Positions 12,732 to 23,906 of a stretch of 64,000 nucleotides of DNA are shown here, one piece after another (within the stretch, counting starts at the first letter, position 1; every line of letters starts with the position of its first letter). This DNA is from Candidatus Foliamicus sp. (GTDB lineage Bacteria > Pseudomonadota > Gammaproteobacteria > Steroidobacterales > Foliamicaceae), in assembly GCA_965221325.1 (NCBI GenBank), contig OZ244880.1; one strand, given 5' to 3'. A program made the position numbers and the translations under genes. The notes below the pieces were generated by a model. That model was not told the origin of the DNA. It worked only from the letters and a program-made list of their open reading frames with translations, and searched no databases.

Positions 12732-13202
12732 ATGAACATCAACGCAACACTGCTGGGGCAAATCCTCGTATTTGCCGCGCTGGTGTGGTTCACGATGAAG
12801 TTCATCTGGCCGCAGGTGATTGATGCCATCGAGCAGCGCAACAAGGAAATTGCCGACGGCCTGGAGGCCGCCGCGCGCGGGCGCAGTGAACTGGACGCGG
12901 CCCAGGAACGGATCGAGAGTCTGGTCAGCGAGGCCCGCAGCCAGGCATCGGAAATCATCGACCAGGCGCATGGACGCGCGGCGCGCATCGTCGAGGAAGC
13001 CCGCGAGGAGGGCGAGCGCGAGCGGCAACGCCTGGTGACGTCGGCCCACTCGGAAATCGAACGCGAGGCCTCCCGGGCACGTGACGAACTGCGCGGGCAG
13101 GTGGCGGATCTGGCCCTCGCGGGAGCCGAGAAGATCCTCCAGCGCGAAATCGACGCGCGCGCTCACGGCGAAATGCTGGAGCGCTTCGCCAGCCGCATCT
13201 GA
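12732..13202 (+). CDS. atpF: F0F1 ATP synthase subunit b
   Basis: N-terminal TM (LLGQILVFAALVWFTMKFIWP) followed by a long charged helix, in operon position. Confidence 0.9.
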   Translation: MNINATLLGQILVFAALVWFTMKFIWPQVIDAIEQRNKEIADGLEAAARGRSELDAAQERIESLVSEARSQASEIIDQAHGRAARIVEEAREEGERERQRLVTSAHSEIEREASRARDELRGQVADLALAGAEKILQREIDARAHGEMLERFASRI

Positions 13203-13756
13203 TGGACTCGTCCGGCGCCATTGCCAAGCCCTACGCGCGGGCGGCTTTTGCGTATGCCAGGGAGCATGCCGCGCTGGGCGCGTGGTCGGCGGCTCTGAAG
13301 GCGGCAGCCGGCGCGGCGGAATCCGACGCCATGCAAACCGCACTGGACTCGCCCGAAACGGGCGCGCAGGCGCTTGCCCTGCTCTGCGAGCTTGCCGAAG
13401 GAGCGGCGGACGATCAGCCCCAGGGGGTTGCCAACCTGCTTCGCGTGATGCGCGAGAACCGCCGGCTCGGCTCGCTTGGGGAAGTTGCGCGGCAGTTCGA
13501 GGCATTGCGGCGCGAGGATGCGCGGCGCGTAGAGGCGGTGATGGTCACCGCGGCGCCGGTCCCCGAGGCGCAGCAGGCGGAGGTGGCCCGGGCACTGGAG
13601 GCGCGGCTGGACCGCGCGGTGGATTTTCGCGTGGAGGTGGATGAGGGGCTGCTGGGCGGCGCCCGCATCCGCGTTGGCGACCGGGTATTGGACGGTTCGG
13701 CCCGCGCAGGCTTGCAGGATCTTGCCGCGGCGCTGGCGCGTCCGGCGACACGATAA
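13202..13756 (+). CDS. atpH: F0F1 ATP synthase subunit delta
   Basis: ATG overlaps the atpF stop (TGATG). N-terminal AKPYARAAFAYA is typical of delta/OSCP. Confidence 0.9.
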   Translation: MDSSGAIAKPYARAAFAYAREHAALGAWSAALKAAAGAAESDAMQTALDSPETGAQALALLCELAEGAADDQPQGVANLLRVMRENRRLGSLGEVARQFEALRREDARRVEAVMVTAAPVPEAQQAEVARALEARLDRAVDFRVEVDEGLLGGARIRVGDRVLDGSARAGLQDLAAALARPATR

Positions 13757-13773
13757 AACCATAAGCAGGTAAC

Positions 13774-15318
13774 GTGATGACGCTCAAAGCGAACGAAATC
13801 AGCGACCTGATTCGGCAGCGCATCGAGAACTTCGAAGTAGCGGCCGAGCAGGTAGAGGTGGGCACGGTGGTGTCCGTAACCGACGGCATCTGCCGCATTC
13901 ATGGCCTGGCGGGGGCGCAATACGGCGAAATGCTGGAATTTCCCGGCGACACCTTCGGCCTGGCCCTGAACCTCGAACAGGACTCGGTGGGCGCGGTGAT
14001 TCTGAGCGACTATCGCCACATCACCGAAGGCGACATGGTCAAGGCCACTGGCCGCATCCTGGAGGTGCCGGTGGGCGAAGCGCTGCTGGGCCGCGTGGTG
14101 GATGCGCTCGGAAATCCGGTGGACGGCAAGGGCCCGGTGGAAACCAACGACTTCTCGCCGATCGAGAAAGTGGCCCCGGGCGTCATTACCCGGCAATCGG
14201 TGAGCGAACCGGTGCAGACCGGTTTGAAGTCGGTGGACGCCATGATTCCGATCGGCCGCGGCCAGCGCGAACTGATCATCGGCGATCGGCAAACCGGCAA
14301 GACTGCGGTAGCCGTGGACGCCATCATCAATCAGCGCGGAACCGGCATCAAGTGCATCTACGTGGCCATCGGACAGAAGAATTCTTCGGTCGCCAACGTA
14401 GTGCGCAAGCTTGAGGAGTTCGGCGCGCTGGAACACACCATCGTGGTTTCGGCGCCGGCTGCCGATACCGCCGCCATGCAGTACATCGCCCCCTATGCGG
14501 GCTGCGCCATGGGCGAGTACTTCCGCGACCGTGGCGAGGACGCGCTGGTGGTCTATGACGATCTCACCAAGCAAGCCTGGGCCTATCGCCAGGTTTCCCT
14601 GTTGCTGAGGCGCCCGCCCGGCCGCGAGGCCTATCCGGGCGATGTGTTCTACCTGCATTCGCGCCTGCTGGAACGCGCGGCGCGGGTTAACGCGGAATAC
14701 GTGGAAGAGATGACGGGCGGGGAAGTGACCGGACGCACCGGATCGCTGACCGCTTTGCCGATCATCGAAACCCAGGCCGGCGACGTGTCGGCTTTTGTGC
14801 CCACCAACGTCATTTCCATTACCGACGGCCAGATCTACCTGGTCACCGACCTGTTCAACGCCGGCATTCGTCCGGCTATCGACCCCGGCATTTCGGTGTC
14901 GCGGGTGGGCGGCGCGGCCCAGACCACCATCATCAAGAAACTCGGCGGCGGCATCCGCCTGGCACTGGCGCAATACCGCGATCTGGCGGCCTTCGCCCAG
15001 TTCGCCTCGGATCTCGATGCGGCCACCCGCCGGCAGTTGGAACGCGGCCAGCGCGTTACCGAGATGATGAAGCAGAACCAATACGAGCCGCTTTCGGTGG
15101 CCGAGATTGCGGTGTCGCTGTTCGCGGTGCAGGAAGGCTACATGGACGACATGGAGGTCGAGCAACTGTTGCCGTTTGAACGGGCCCTGCATGCGCACGC
15201 GCGCGACAAGCACGCCGAACTGCTCGAACGCATCAACGCGACCGGCGACTATGACGACGAGATCGCGGCCGGCCTCAAGGCACTGGTCGAGGAGTTCAAG
15301 AGCAGCGGCGCTTACTAG
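13774..15318 (+). CDS. atpA: F0F1 ATP synthase subunit alpha
   Basis: Walker A GDRQTGKT; 514 aa; operon position. Confidence 0.97.
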   Translation: MMTLKANEISDLIRQRIENFEVAAEQVEVGTVVSVTDGICRIHGLAGAQYGEMLEFPGDTFGLALNLEQDSVGAVILSDYRHITEGDMVKATGRILEVPVGEALLGRVVDALGNPVDGKGPVETNDFSPIEKVAPGVITRQSVSEPVQTGLKSVDAMIPIGRGQRELIIGDRQTGKTAVAVDAIINQRGTGIKCIYVAIGQKNSSVANVVRKLEEFGALEHTIVVSAPAADTAAMQYIAPYAGCAMGEYFRDRGEDALVVYDDLTKQAWAYRQVSLLLRRPPGREAYPGDVFYLHSRLLERAARVNAEYVEEMTGGEVTGRTGSLTALPIIETQAGDVSAFVPTNVISITDGQIYLVTDLFNAGIRPAIDPGISVSRVGGAAQTTIIKKLGGGIRLALAQYRDLAAFAQFASDLDAATRRQLERGQRVTEMMKQNQYEPLSVAEIAVSLFAVQEGYMDDMEVEQLLPFERALHAHARDKHAELLERINATGDYDDEIAAGLKALVEEFKSSGAY

Positions 15319-15354
15319 CCGCTTAGGTTAGCGAGCGACAGGGGAAACACGGCC

Positions 15355-16215
15355 ATGCCCGGCGCGAAGGAAATCCGCGGCAAGATCGGCAGCGTCAAGA
15401 ACACGCAGAAGATCACGCGCGCCATGGAAATGGTGGCCGCCAGCAAGATCCGCCGCACCCAACAGCGCATGACCGCGGCGCGCCCCTATGCCGACGGCAT
15501 ACGCAAGATTGCCAGCCACCTCTATCACGCGCGGCCGGATTACACGCCGCCCTACCTGGCCGAGCGCGAGGAAAAGTCGGCCGGCTACATCGTCATTGCA
15601 ACGGACCGCGGCCTCTGCGGAGGTCTGAACGTGAACCTGTTCCGGCACGTTCTGGGCGAACTCAAACGGCAGGCCGACGCCGGTGTTCCCACCCAGATCG
15701 TGCTGATAGGCGCCAAGGCGGTGCAGTTCTTTCGCAATCTCGACGTGAATATCACCGGGGTCGCGACGCACCTCGGTGAGGAGCCGCACGTCGTGGACCT
15801 GGTCAGCGCGGTGCGGGTTTTCCTCGAAGCGTACCGCGAGGAGCAAATCGACCGCATGTATCTGGCGCGCAACGTGTTCGTCAACACGATGCGCCAGCAG
15901 CCGATGATCGAGCAACTGCTGCCGGTGGCGCTGCAGAAGGACGATCAACTCGCGGCGCACTGGGACTACATCTACGAACCGTCGGCGGGCGAGCTGCTCG
16001 ACGGCGTTTTGGAACGCTATATCGAGACGCAGGTTTTCCGGGCCGCAATGGAGAATGTCGCCTGCGAGATGGCGGCGAAGATGGTGGCGATGAAGTCGGC
16101 CACCGACAATGCCGGCAAGCTGATCGATACGCTGCAATTGCAATACAACAAGGCCAGGCAGGCGGCGATTACCGCGGAGATCGCGGAAATTATCGGCGGC
16201 GCCGAGGCCGTGTAA
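15355..16215 (+). CDS. atpG: F0F1 ATP synthase subunit gamma
   Basis: MPGAKEIRGKIGSVKNTQKITRAMEMVAASK N-terminus and C-terminal NKARQAAITAEIAEIIGGAEA. Confidence 0.95.
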   Translation: MPGAKEIRGKIGSVKNTQKITRAMEMVAASKIRRTQQRMTAARPYADGIRKIASHLYHARPDYTPPYLAEREEKSAGYIVIATDRGLCGGLNVNLFRHVLGELKRQADAGVPTQIVLIGAKAVQFFRNLDVNITGVATHLGEEPHVVDLVSAVRVFLEAYREEQIDRMYLARNVFVNTMRQQPMIEQLLPVALQKDDQLAAHWDYIYEPSAGELLDGVLERYIETQVFRAAMENVACEMAAKMVAMKSATDNAGKLIDTLQLQYNKARQAAITAEIAEIIGGAEAV

Positions 16216-17679
<1,464 letters not shown>

Positions 17680-17681
17680 CC

Positions 17682-18098
17682 ATGGCCTCGATTCACATCG
17701 ACATCGTCAGCGCCGAGGGCGCAATCTTTTCCGGCGAAGCCGATTTCGTGGTGGCGCCCGCCTCGCAGGGCGACATCGGTATCGCGCCCCGGCACGCGCC
17801 GCTTTTGACCGAGCTCCGCCCAGGCCCGGTACGGGTGCAGCGCGAAGCGGAAGATGAACAGCTCTTTTTCGTTACCGGGGGCCTGCTGGAGATCCAGCCC
17901 AGCGCCGTGACGGTGCTGGCCGACTCCGCTCTCAGGCCCGAGCAGCTTGATGTGGACGCTGCGGACGAGGCGCGCAGAAAGGCGGAGGAGGCTTTGGCCG
18001 GCGCCACCGAAAAATCCGACATAGAGAAGGCGCAGCGCGACCTTGCCGAGGCCGCCGCCCGCTTCAGGGCCCTGAAAAAGCTGCGCGGGTCGGACTAG
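17682..18098 (+). CDS. atpC: F0F1 ATP synthase subunit epsilon
   Basis: ATG at 17682, 2 nt after the atpD stop. MASIHIDIVSAEGAIFSG is a typical epsilon N-terminus. Confidence 0.93.
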   Translation: MASIHIDIVSAEGAIFSGEADFVVAPASQGDIGIAPRHAPLLTELRPGPVRVQREAEDEQLFFVTGGLLEIQPSAVTVLADSALRPEQLDVDAADEARRKAEEALAGATEKSDIEKAQRDLAEAAARFRALKKLRGSD

Positions 18099-18317
18099 TC
18101 TGGGGTGGCCGCGCCCGCGGCGGCATGAACAATTTCGCTTGCGCTTTCTTTACGGACCGGGGGTTACGGCAGAAATCTCACAATCCTTTTGCTTGAATGT
18201 ACGCAAGCAATTGATATAAAAGGCGTTTAGATTTTGGGTGAATTTTTCGCCAAAACTAAGGAAATGTGACAACCGTGCGCGTTTCAGAGCCATTCCGTCC
18301 ACTTCCCCACAGGTTTT

Positions 18318-18334
18318 TCCACAGAAAATGTGGA
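18318..18334. promoter_or_regulatory. Dyad TCCACA-N5-TGTGGA in the AT-rich spacer upstream of the amidase
   Basis: Perfect 6-bp inverted arms read directly from the sequence. Function unknown. Confidence 0.25.
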
Positions 18335-18402
18335 TACTCCAAGCCGGCCCCAAAAACCCGGGCAGGCGCGTTCGGGACGCAATTCGCCCGGATGCAGCAC
18401 CG

Positions 18403-18414
18403 ATTTCCGGAAAT
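18403..18414. promoter_or_regulatory. Perfect 12-bp palindrome ATTTCCGGAAAT, 12 nt before the amidase ATG
   Basis: Self-complementary 12-mer read directly from the sequence. Its position over the translation-initiation region suggests an operator or an RNA hairpin. Confidence 0.25.
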
Positions 18415-18426
18415 CCGGTTGTGAGC

Positions 18427-19863
18427 ATGTTTCTCGAATACGAGTCGTACGACGCCGTGGGTTTGGCGGAGCTGGTGCGAACCGGGGAGGTTACGCCGCT
18501 GGAATTGCTTGACGCGGCGGCCGAGCGATGCGAGCTCCGCAATCCGGAGATCAATGCGGTGGTGCATACGTTCGCCGGCAGGGCGCGGGAGTCTCTGCGC
18601 ACACACGCAAACAGCGCCTTTCTGAGCGGCGTGCCATTCCTGCTCAAGGACGCCGGCGCCCACCTGGCGGGCGAGCCTACCCGGTGTGCCTGCCGCTTGT
18701 TTGCCGATCACGTGGCGGAGCAGGACTCGACCCTGGTGCGCCGCTACAAGGCTGCCGGGCTGGCGATATTCGGCAAGACCAACACGCCGGAGTTGGCGCT
18801 GGCGGTTACTACCGAGCCGGAGCTGGGTGGTTCTACGCGCAACCCCTGGCATACCGACTACTCGTCCGGTGGCTCCAGTGGGGGCGCGGCCGCGGCCGTA
18901 GCGGCGGGCATCGTTCCGGCGGCGCACGGCAGCGATGCCGGCGGCTCGATCAGGATTCCGGCCTCGGCCTGCGGCCTGGTGGGTCTGAAGCCGACCCGCG
19001 GGCGGATGCCGTCCGGGCCGCGCGCAGCCGAGGGCTTCTCGGGCATGTCGCAACACCATGTGCTTACTCGCAGCGTGCGGGATTCCGCGGCCTTTCTCGA
19101 CGCCGTGGCGGGCGCCGAGCCGGGCGATCCCTATCATGCGCCGCCTCCTGCGGGCTCCTGGCAGGATGCGCTGAAGCGGGCGCCGCGCGGACTGCGCATC
19201 GGGCTTGTTCGCGACGCCTTCAATGGAGTGCCCGTGGCGCCCGAGGTCACGGGCGTATTGGAAGATACGGCCCGCCTCTGCGAGGACCTGGGGCACCGGG
19301 TGGAAGAGGCGCGCGTTCCACTTGCGCCGGAACAGTTGCGCGATTGCGCCACCTTGATTCTTTCGGCGCACGTGCATGCCGATATCGAGGCGCGCTGCCG
19401 CATGCTCGGGCGGAAGTTTCGCCGCGAGGACGTGTCGCTCGTGACCTGGAAAATGGCCCGCTTCGGCGCTGAGGCCAGCGCCAGCGATTATGCTGCGGCA
19501 TTGACGCATATCCATTACATTGGACGCCGGATGGGGGAGTTTTGCGGGCGCTATGACCTCTTGCTATCTCCGACCTTGGCCGCGCCGCCGCCGCGCCTTG
19601 GGGTTATTGACATGAATGGCGAAGACACGAAACGATATATGCGCATCACGAGCCGCTACATGGCCTTTACCCAGTTGTTCAACGTTACCGGTCAGCCCGC
19701 CATTTCGCTGCCGCTTGGGCGGTCGGACGAGGGTTTGCCCATCGGCGTTCAGTTGGCCGCGCCGCAGGGGGGCGAAGCCTTGCTGCTCAGCGTGGCGGCG
19801 CAGTTGGAACGCGCCCGGCCCTGGACCGGTCTGGCGCCCATGGCCAGCGCCGACGCACCATGA
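18427..19863 (+). CDS. Amidase-signature family hydrolase
   Basis: GGSSGGAAAAVAAG...GSDAGGSIRIPAS amidase signature and FLLKD catalytic Lys context. Start set at MFLEYESYDAVGLAELV (ATG 18427); the Arg/Pro-rich upstream extension to 18238 was rejected. Confidence 0.85.
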   Translation: MFLEYESYDAVGLAELVRTGEVTPLELLDAAAERCELRNPEINAVVHTFAGRARESLRTHANSAFLSGVPFLLKDAGAHLAGEPTRCACRLFADHVAEQDSTLVRRYKAAGLAIFGKTNTPELALAVTTEPELGGSTRNPWHTDYSSGGSSGGAAAAVAAGIVPAAHGSDAGGSIRIPASACGLVGLKPTRGRMPSGPRAAEGFSGMSQHHVLTRSVRDSAAFLDAVAGAEPGDPYHAPPPAGSWQDALKRAPRGLRIGLVRDAFNGVPVAPEVTGVLEDTARLCEDLGHRVEEARVPLAPEQLRDCATLILSAHVHADIEARCRMLGRKFRREDVSLVTWKMARFGAEASASDYAAALTHIHYIGRRMGEFCGRYDLLLSPTLAAPPPRLGVIDMNGEDTKRYMRITSRYMAFTQLFNVTGQPAISLPLGRSDEGLPIGVQLAAPQGGEALLLSVAAQLERARPWTGLAPMASADAP

Positions 19864-21209
19864 GCCGCGCGCTGAACGCGGTCGTTCTCGCGGCCGGCCA
19901 AGGTACGCGGATGCGCTCGGCGCTGCCCAAGTCATTGCACCTGCTTGGCGGCAAACCGTTGCTGGCGCACGTGCTTGATGGCGCCCGCCATCTTGCGGCG
20001 GAGCGCATCATCGTGGTTTGCGGACACGGCGCCGAGCCGCTGCGTGACGCCTTTTCGGACGCCGGCGTCGAATGGGTAACGCAAGCGGAACAGCTCGGTT
20101 CGGGACATGCCGTACTCCAGGCCTTGCCCAAGGTCGATCCCGCGTCGCGGGTCCTGGTCCTGTACGGCGACGTGCCCCTGGTTCGCAATGAAACGCTTGA
20201 GCGCCTGACGGCTCAAACAGATGGCGTGGCGTTGCTGACCGCCAAGGTGGAGGACCCCACCGGCTATGGGCGCATCGTGAGAAAACCCGACGGTTCGGTG
20301 GCGGGCATCGTCGAACATGCCGACGCCACCCCGGAGCAGCTTCGCATCCGTGAGATCAACGTGGGGCCGATGGCCGCGCCTGCCGAGTGGCTGGCCGGGG
20401 CCTGCCGGGCGCTCAAGCCGGCTGGCGCCAAGCAGGAGATATACATTACCCACGCCGTGGACATCGCGCTTGACGAAGGTGTTCCGGTGCATGCGGTGCG
20501 CGCGAGCGGCGCGGAAGAAGCGCAGGGCGTCAACAGTCCGTCGCAACTGGCCGACGCTTGCCGGGCGCTGAATCGCCGACGCGCCGAAGCGCTGCTGGAA
20601 CAGGGGGTTCGCATCGCCGATCCGCGGCGCATCGAGATCAGGGGCGAGGTCAGCGCCGGCCGCGACGTTTTTCTCGATGTGGGCGTGGTGCTGGAGGGAG
20701 AGGTGCGGCTTGGGGACGGCGCCACTGTCGGCCCCTACAGCGTGGTCTCGAATTCACGCCTGGACGCCAACGCGCGCATCGAGTCTCACTGCGTCGTTGA
20801 CGGGGCCGATATCGGCGCGGGCGCCTGCATCGGACCCTTCGCGCGCCTGCGGCCGCAAGCGCGGCTGGGCGCCGGGTCGCGAATCGGCAATTTCGTGGAA
20901 GTCAAGAACAGCGAAATCGGTCCCGGCGCCAAGGCTTCGCACTTGAGCTATGTCGGCGATGCGCAGGTCGGACAAGACACCAACATCGGCGCCGGCACGA
21001 TTACCTGCAATTACGATGGCCGCGCCAAGCACCGCACCGTGATCGGGGCGGGCGCCTTCATCGGTTCGGGGGTGGAATTGGTGGCGCCGGTGGAAGTAGG
21101 CGCCGGCGCGCTGATTGGCGCCGGCTCCACGATCACCAAGGATGCGCCCGCCGCAAAACTGACGGTGGCCCGTTCGCGGCAGAAAACGCTGCCGCTGAAG
21201 AAGCGCTGA
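19860..21209 (+). CDS. glmU: Bifunctional GlcNAc-1-P uridyltransferase / GlcN-1-P acetyltransferase
   Basis: LAAGQGTRMRS nucleotidyltransferase motif and C-terminal hexapeptide-repeat beta-helix. ATG overlaps the amidase stop (ATGA at 19860-19863). Confidence 0.95.
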   Translation: MSRALNAVVLAAGQGTRMRSALPKSLHLLGGKPLLAHVLDGARHLAAERIIVVCGHGAEPLRDAFSDAGVEWVTQAEQLGSGHAVLQALPKVDPASRVLVLYGDVPLVRNETLERLTAQTDGVALLTAKVEDPTGYGRIVRKPDGSVAGIVEHADATPEQLRIREINVGPMAAPAEWLAGACRALKPAGAKQEIYITHAVDIALDEGVPVHAVRASGAEEAQGVNSPSQLADACRALNRRRAEALLEQGVRIADPRRIEIRGEVSAGRDVFLDVGVVLEGEVRLGDGATVGPYSVVSNSRLDANARIESHCVVDGADIGAGACIGPFARLRPQARLGAGSRIGNFVEVKNSEIGPGAKASHLSYVGDAQVGQDTNIGAGTITCNYDGRAKHRTVIGAGAFIGSGVELVAPVEVGAGALIGAGSTITKDAPAAKLTVARSRQKTLPLKKR

Positions 21210-21225
21210 CGCGGCGCAGTCCGGC

Positions 21226-23061
21226 ATGTGCGGAATCGTTGCCGTTGCCGCGAAGCGCGATATTGCGCCGGTACTGCTCGACGGATTGCAGCGCCTGGAG
21301 TACCGAGGTTACGACTCGGCAGGCCTGGCGCTGCTGCTGGCCGATGGCAGCTTGGGGCGCTTGCGCCGCGTCGGCTTTGTCTCGCGGCTGATCGAGGATT
21401 TCGGACGTGAACCCCTGGCCGGCGAAGTGGGCGTGGCCCACACGCGCTGGGCTACGCATGGCGCTCCCACCGAACGCAATGCGCATCCCCTTTTTGCCGG
21501 GCATGAAGTCGCGGTGGCGCACAACGGCATTGTCGAGAACTACGAAGAGATCAGGGACGAACTCGCGGCGCGGGGCGTGCGTTTCTCCAGCGACACCGAC
21601 ACCGAGTGCATCGCCCACCTGGTGGCGCTGGAATTGCGCGCCGGCAAGGATCTGGCAGCGGCCACCCGCGACGCGCTATCCCGACTGATAGGCAGTTACT
21701 CGGTGGTAGTGCTGGCCGCCGCCGAACCCGGCGCTTTTGTGGCCGCGCACCGGGGCGCGCCAATGGTGGTGGGACTGGGCGAGCGCGAGAATTACGCGGC
21801 GTCCGATATTTCCGCGCTGCTGAAAGCAACGCGCCGCCACAGGTTCCTGCGCAACGGCGATGTGGCCTTGGTCCGTGCCGAGCGCGTAGAGATTTGCGGG
21901 CCGGACGGCGAGGCCGTGGAGCGCCCCGTGGTGGAAAGCGAGTTCGGCCCCGAGTCTGTCGAGCGAGGCGCCTACCGGCATTACATGCAAAAGGAGATTT
22001 TCGAGCAGGCCACAGCAGTGCGGGATACCGTGTTTCCGCTGATTGAAGGAGGGCTGCCCAACGCCTCGCTGTTCGGCGCTGACCTTGGCGCGCGGCTGGG
22101 CGAAGTGGCGGCGGTGCATATCGCCGCTTGCGGCAGCGCCTACAACGCCGGGCTGGTGGCGCGGCAATGGCTGCAGGAATATGCCGGTCTGCCATGCACT
22201 GTGGAAATCGCCAGCGAATACCGCTATCGGCCCCCGCCTTGCCCGAGGGACTGTCTGTATCTCGCTATTTCGCAATCCGGAGAAACGGCCGACACGCTGG
22301 CGGCTACGCGTGTCGCGCTGCAGCGCGGATACCTGGGCGTGGTGGCTCTGAGCAACGTGGCGACGAGCAGCCTCGTGCGTATGGTCGAGCATAGCCTGCT
22401 CACCCGCGCCGGCCTGGAAGTGGGCGTGGCATCGACGAAGGCGCTATTGACCCAGCTTGCGGCGCTGGCCATGGTGGCCTTGGCGCTGGCCCGCGCGCAG
22501 GGAAAATCCGATCGGGAAATACGCGGCCTGACTCAGCAGGTGGCGGCCTTGCCGGACCTGATCGGCCAGTTGCTGGAAATGGACAGCCAGCTTGCGCAAC
22601 TTGCCGCGCACTTCCAGGGCCGCAACCATGTATTGTTCCTGGGCCGTGGCCCCATGTGGCCGGTGGCGATGGAAGGCGCGCTCAAGCTCAAGGAACTGTC
22701 GTATATCCATGCCGAAGCGTATGCCGCGGGCGAACTGAAGCACGGGCCGCTGGCCTTGGTCGATGAGAGCATGATGGTGGTTGCGCTGGCGCCCGACGAT
22801 GGACTGTTACGCAAGTTGCGGTCCAATCTTGAGGAGGTTCGCGCGCGTGGCGGACGCTTGTTCGTGGTGTCCGGGCCGCAAGCCAACTTGGGCCGCGAGG
22901 ACGGAATGATAGTGCTCAGACTGCCGGCGCAATCAACCGATATGCAGGCGCCCGTCCTCTACACCGTGCCGTTGCAGTTGCTTGCCTACCACGTCGCCGT
23001 TAGCCGAGGGAAAAACGTTGACCGGCCTCGCAACCTCGCAAAATCCGTGACCGTGGACTGA
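21226..23061 (+). CDS. glmS: Glutamine--fructose-6-phosphate aminotransferase
   Basis: MCGIVAV N-terminal nucleophile Cys, two SIS domains, C-terminal NLAKSVTVD. Confidence 0.97.
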   Translation: MCGIVAVAAKRDIAPVLLDGLQRLEYRGYDSAGLALLLADGSLGRLRRVGFVSRLIEDFGREPLAGEVGVAHTRWATHGAPTERNAHPLFAGHEVAVAHNGIVENYEEIRDELAARGVRFSSDTDTECIAHLVALELRAGKDLAAATRDALSRLIGSYSVVVLAAAEPGAFVAAHRGAPMVVGLGERENYAASDISALLKATRRHRFLRNGDVALVRAERVEICGPDGEAVERPVVESEFGPESVERGAYRHYMQKEIFEQATAVRDTVFPLIEGGLPNASLFGADLGARLGEVAAVHIAACGSAYNAGLVARQWLQEYAGLPCTVEIASEYRYRPPPCPRDCLYLAISQSGETADTLAATRVALQRGYLGVVALSNVATSSLVRMVEHSLLTRAGLEVGVASTKALLTQLAALAMVALALARAQGKSDREIRGLTQQVAALPDLIGQLLEMDSQLAQLAAHFQGRNHVLFLGRGPMWPVAMEGALKLKELSYIHAEAYAAGELKHGPLALVDESMMVVALAPDDGLLRKLRSNLEEVRARGGRLFVVSGPQANLGREDGMIVLRLPAQSTDMQAPVLYTVPLQLLAYHVAVSRGKNVDRPRNLAKSVTVD

Positions 23062-23116
23062 CGCGCATACTGCGCAGTGCCGCGCCGCGCCGTTTCAGCG
23101 GCCTTCAAGGGGCGTT

Positions 23117-23881
23117 TCAGCCCAGGCGGACAAGCACGGGGGCGTGATCGGAGGGCCTGTCGAGCTTGCGGGGCGCCGTATCAATCCGCGACGCGCGGCA
23201 TTCGGAGGCCAGCGCTTCGGACAGCAGAATGAGGTCTATGCGCAGTCCGCGGTTGCGCCGAAACCCAGCGGCGCGGTAATCCCACCAACTGAACGAACCT
23301 TCGGGTTGCTTGAAAAGGCGAAAGCTGTCGCGCAATCCCAGGGCTTCCAGCGCCTGAAATCGAGTCCGCTCCGGCTCGCTGCAGAGGATTTTGCCGCGCC
23401 ATTCTTCCGGATCATGCACATCGCGGTCGTCGGGCGCGATATTGAAATCGCCGATCACCGCCAGCCGCGGCCAGCTCCTCAACTCTTCGCGCAGCCAGTC
23501 TGCCAGCGCCTCCAACCAGCGGAGCTTGTAGCGATAGTGCTCGTGACCCACCTCCTTGCCGTTGGGCACATAGAGATTCACCACGCGGGTGTCGCCGACC
23601 GTGGCCGCAACGGCGCGCGCCTGCGGGTCATCAAGTCCCGGAATTCCCCTGACCGCGTGCGACGCCGGGCGGCGAGTCAGCAGCGCCACGCCGTTATAGG
23701 TAGGCTGCCCGTGCGCCAGGCAGAAGTACCCCAATTCCTGAAACTCCGCGGCTGGAAAGTCCTCGTCACGGCATTTCAATTCCTGCAAACCCAGCACATC
23801 CGGGCCCCTCGTCTCCAGCCAGTCGAGTGCCTGTTCCTTGCGCACCCGCACGGAATTGACGTTCCAACTGGCGATCATCAT
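23117..23881 (-). CDS. xthA: Exodeoxyribonuclease III
   Basis: MMIASWNVNSVRVRKEQALDWL...LGLQELK and C-terminal SDHAPV are ExoIII/AP-endonuclease motifs. Internal start at 23881 preferred. Confidence 0.9.
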   Translation of the reverse strand: MMIASWNVNSVRVRKEQALDWLETRGPDVLGLQELKCRDEDFPAAEFQELGYFCLAHGQPTYNGVALLTRRPASHAVRGIPGLDDPQARAVAATVGDTRVVNLYVPNGKEVGHEHYRYKLRWLEALADWLREELRSWPRLAVIGDFNIAPDDRDVHDPEEWRGKILCSEPERTRFQALEALGLRDSFRLFKQPEGSFSWWDYRAAGFRRNRGLRIDLILLSEALASECRASRIDTAPRKLDRPSDHAPVLVRLG

Positions 23882-23906
23882 GGCCGGATACTCGGCTGCG
23901 ATGGAA

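Noticed and set aside
13414-15213. Very long antisense ORFs: 599 aa opposite atpA, 479 aa (16237..17676) opposite atpD, 420 aa (8583..9845) opposite hemX, 572 aa (3577..5295) opposite uvrD, 419 aa (18256..19515) opposite the amidase, 328 aa (92..1078) opposite trkH.
   Set aside because: Each lies opposite a gene with unmistakable conserved motifs. Their products are Arg/Ala/Gly/Pro/His-rich with no motifs. Stop-poor antisense frames are expected in GC-rich DNA.
23062-23121. GCGCA-TAC-TGCGC hairpin and duplicated CGTTTCAGC (23091-23099 and 23113-23121) between convergent glmS and xthA, considered as a bidirectional terminator or repeat element.
   Set aside because: The stem is only 5 bp with no U-run, and the 9-nt duplication partly overlaps the xthA stop region. 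This is too weak to call.
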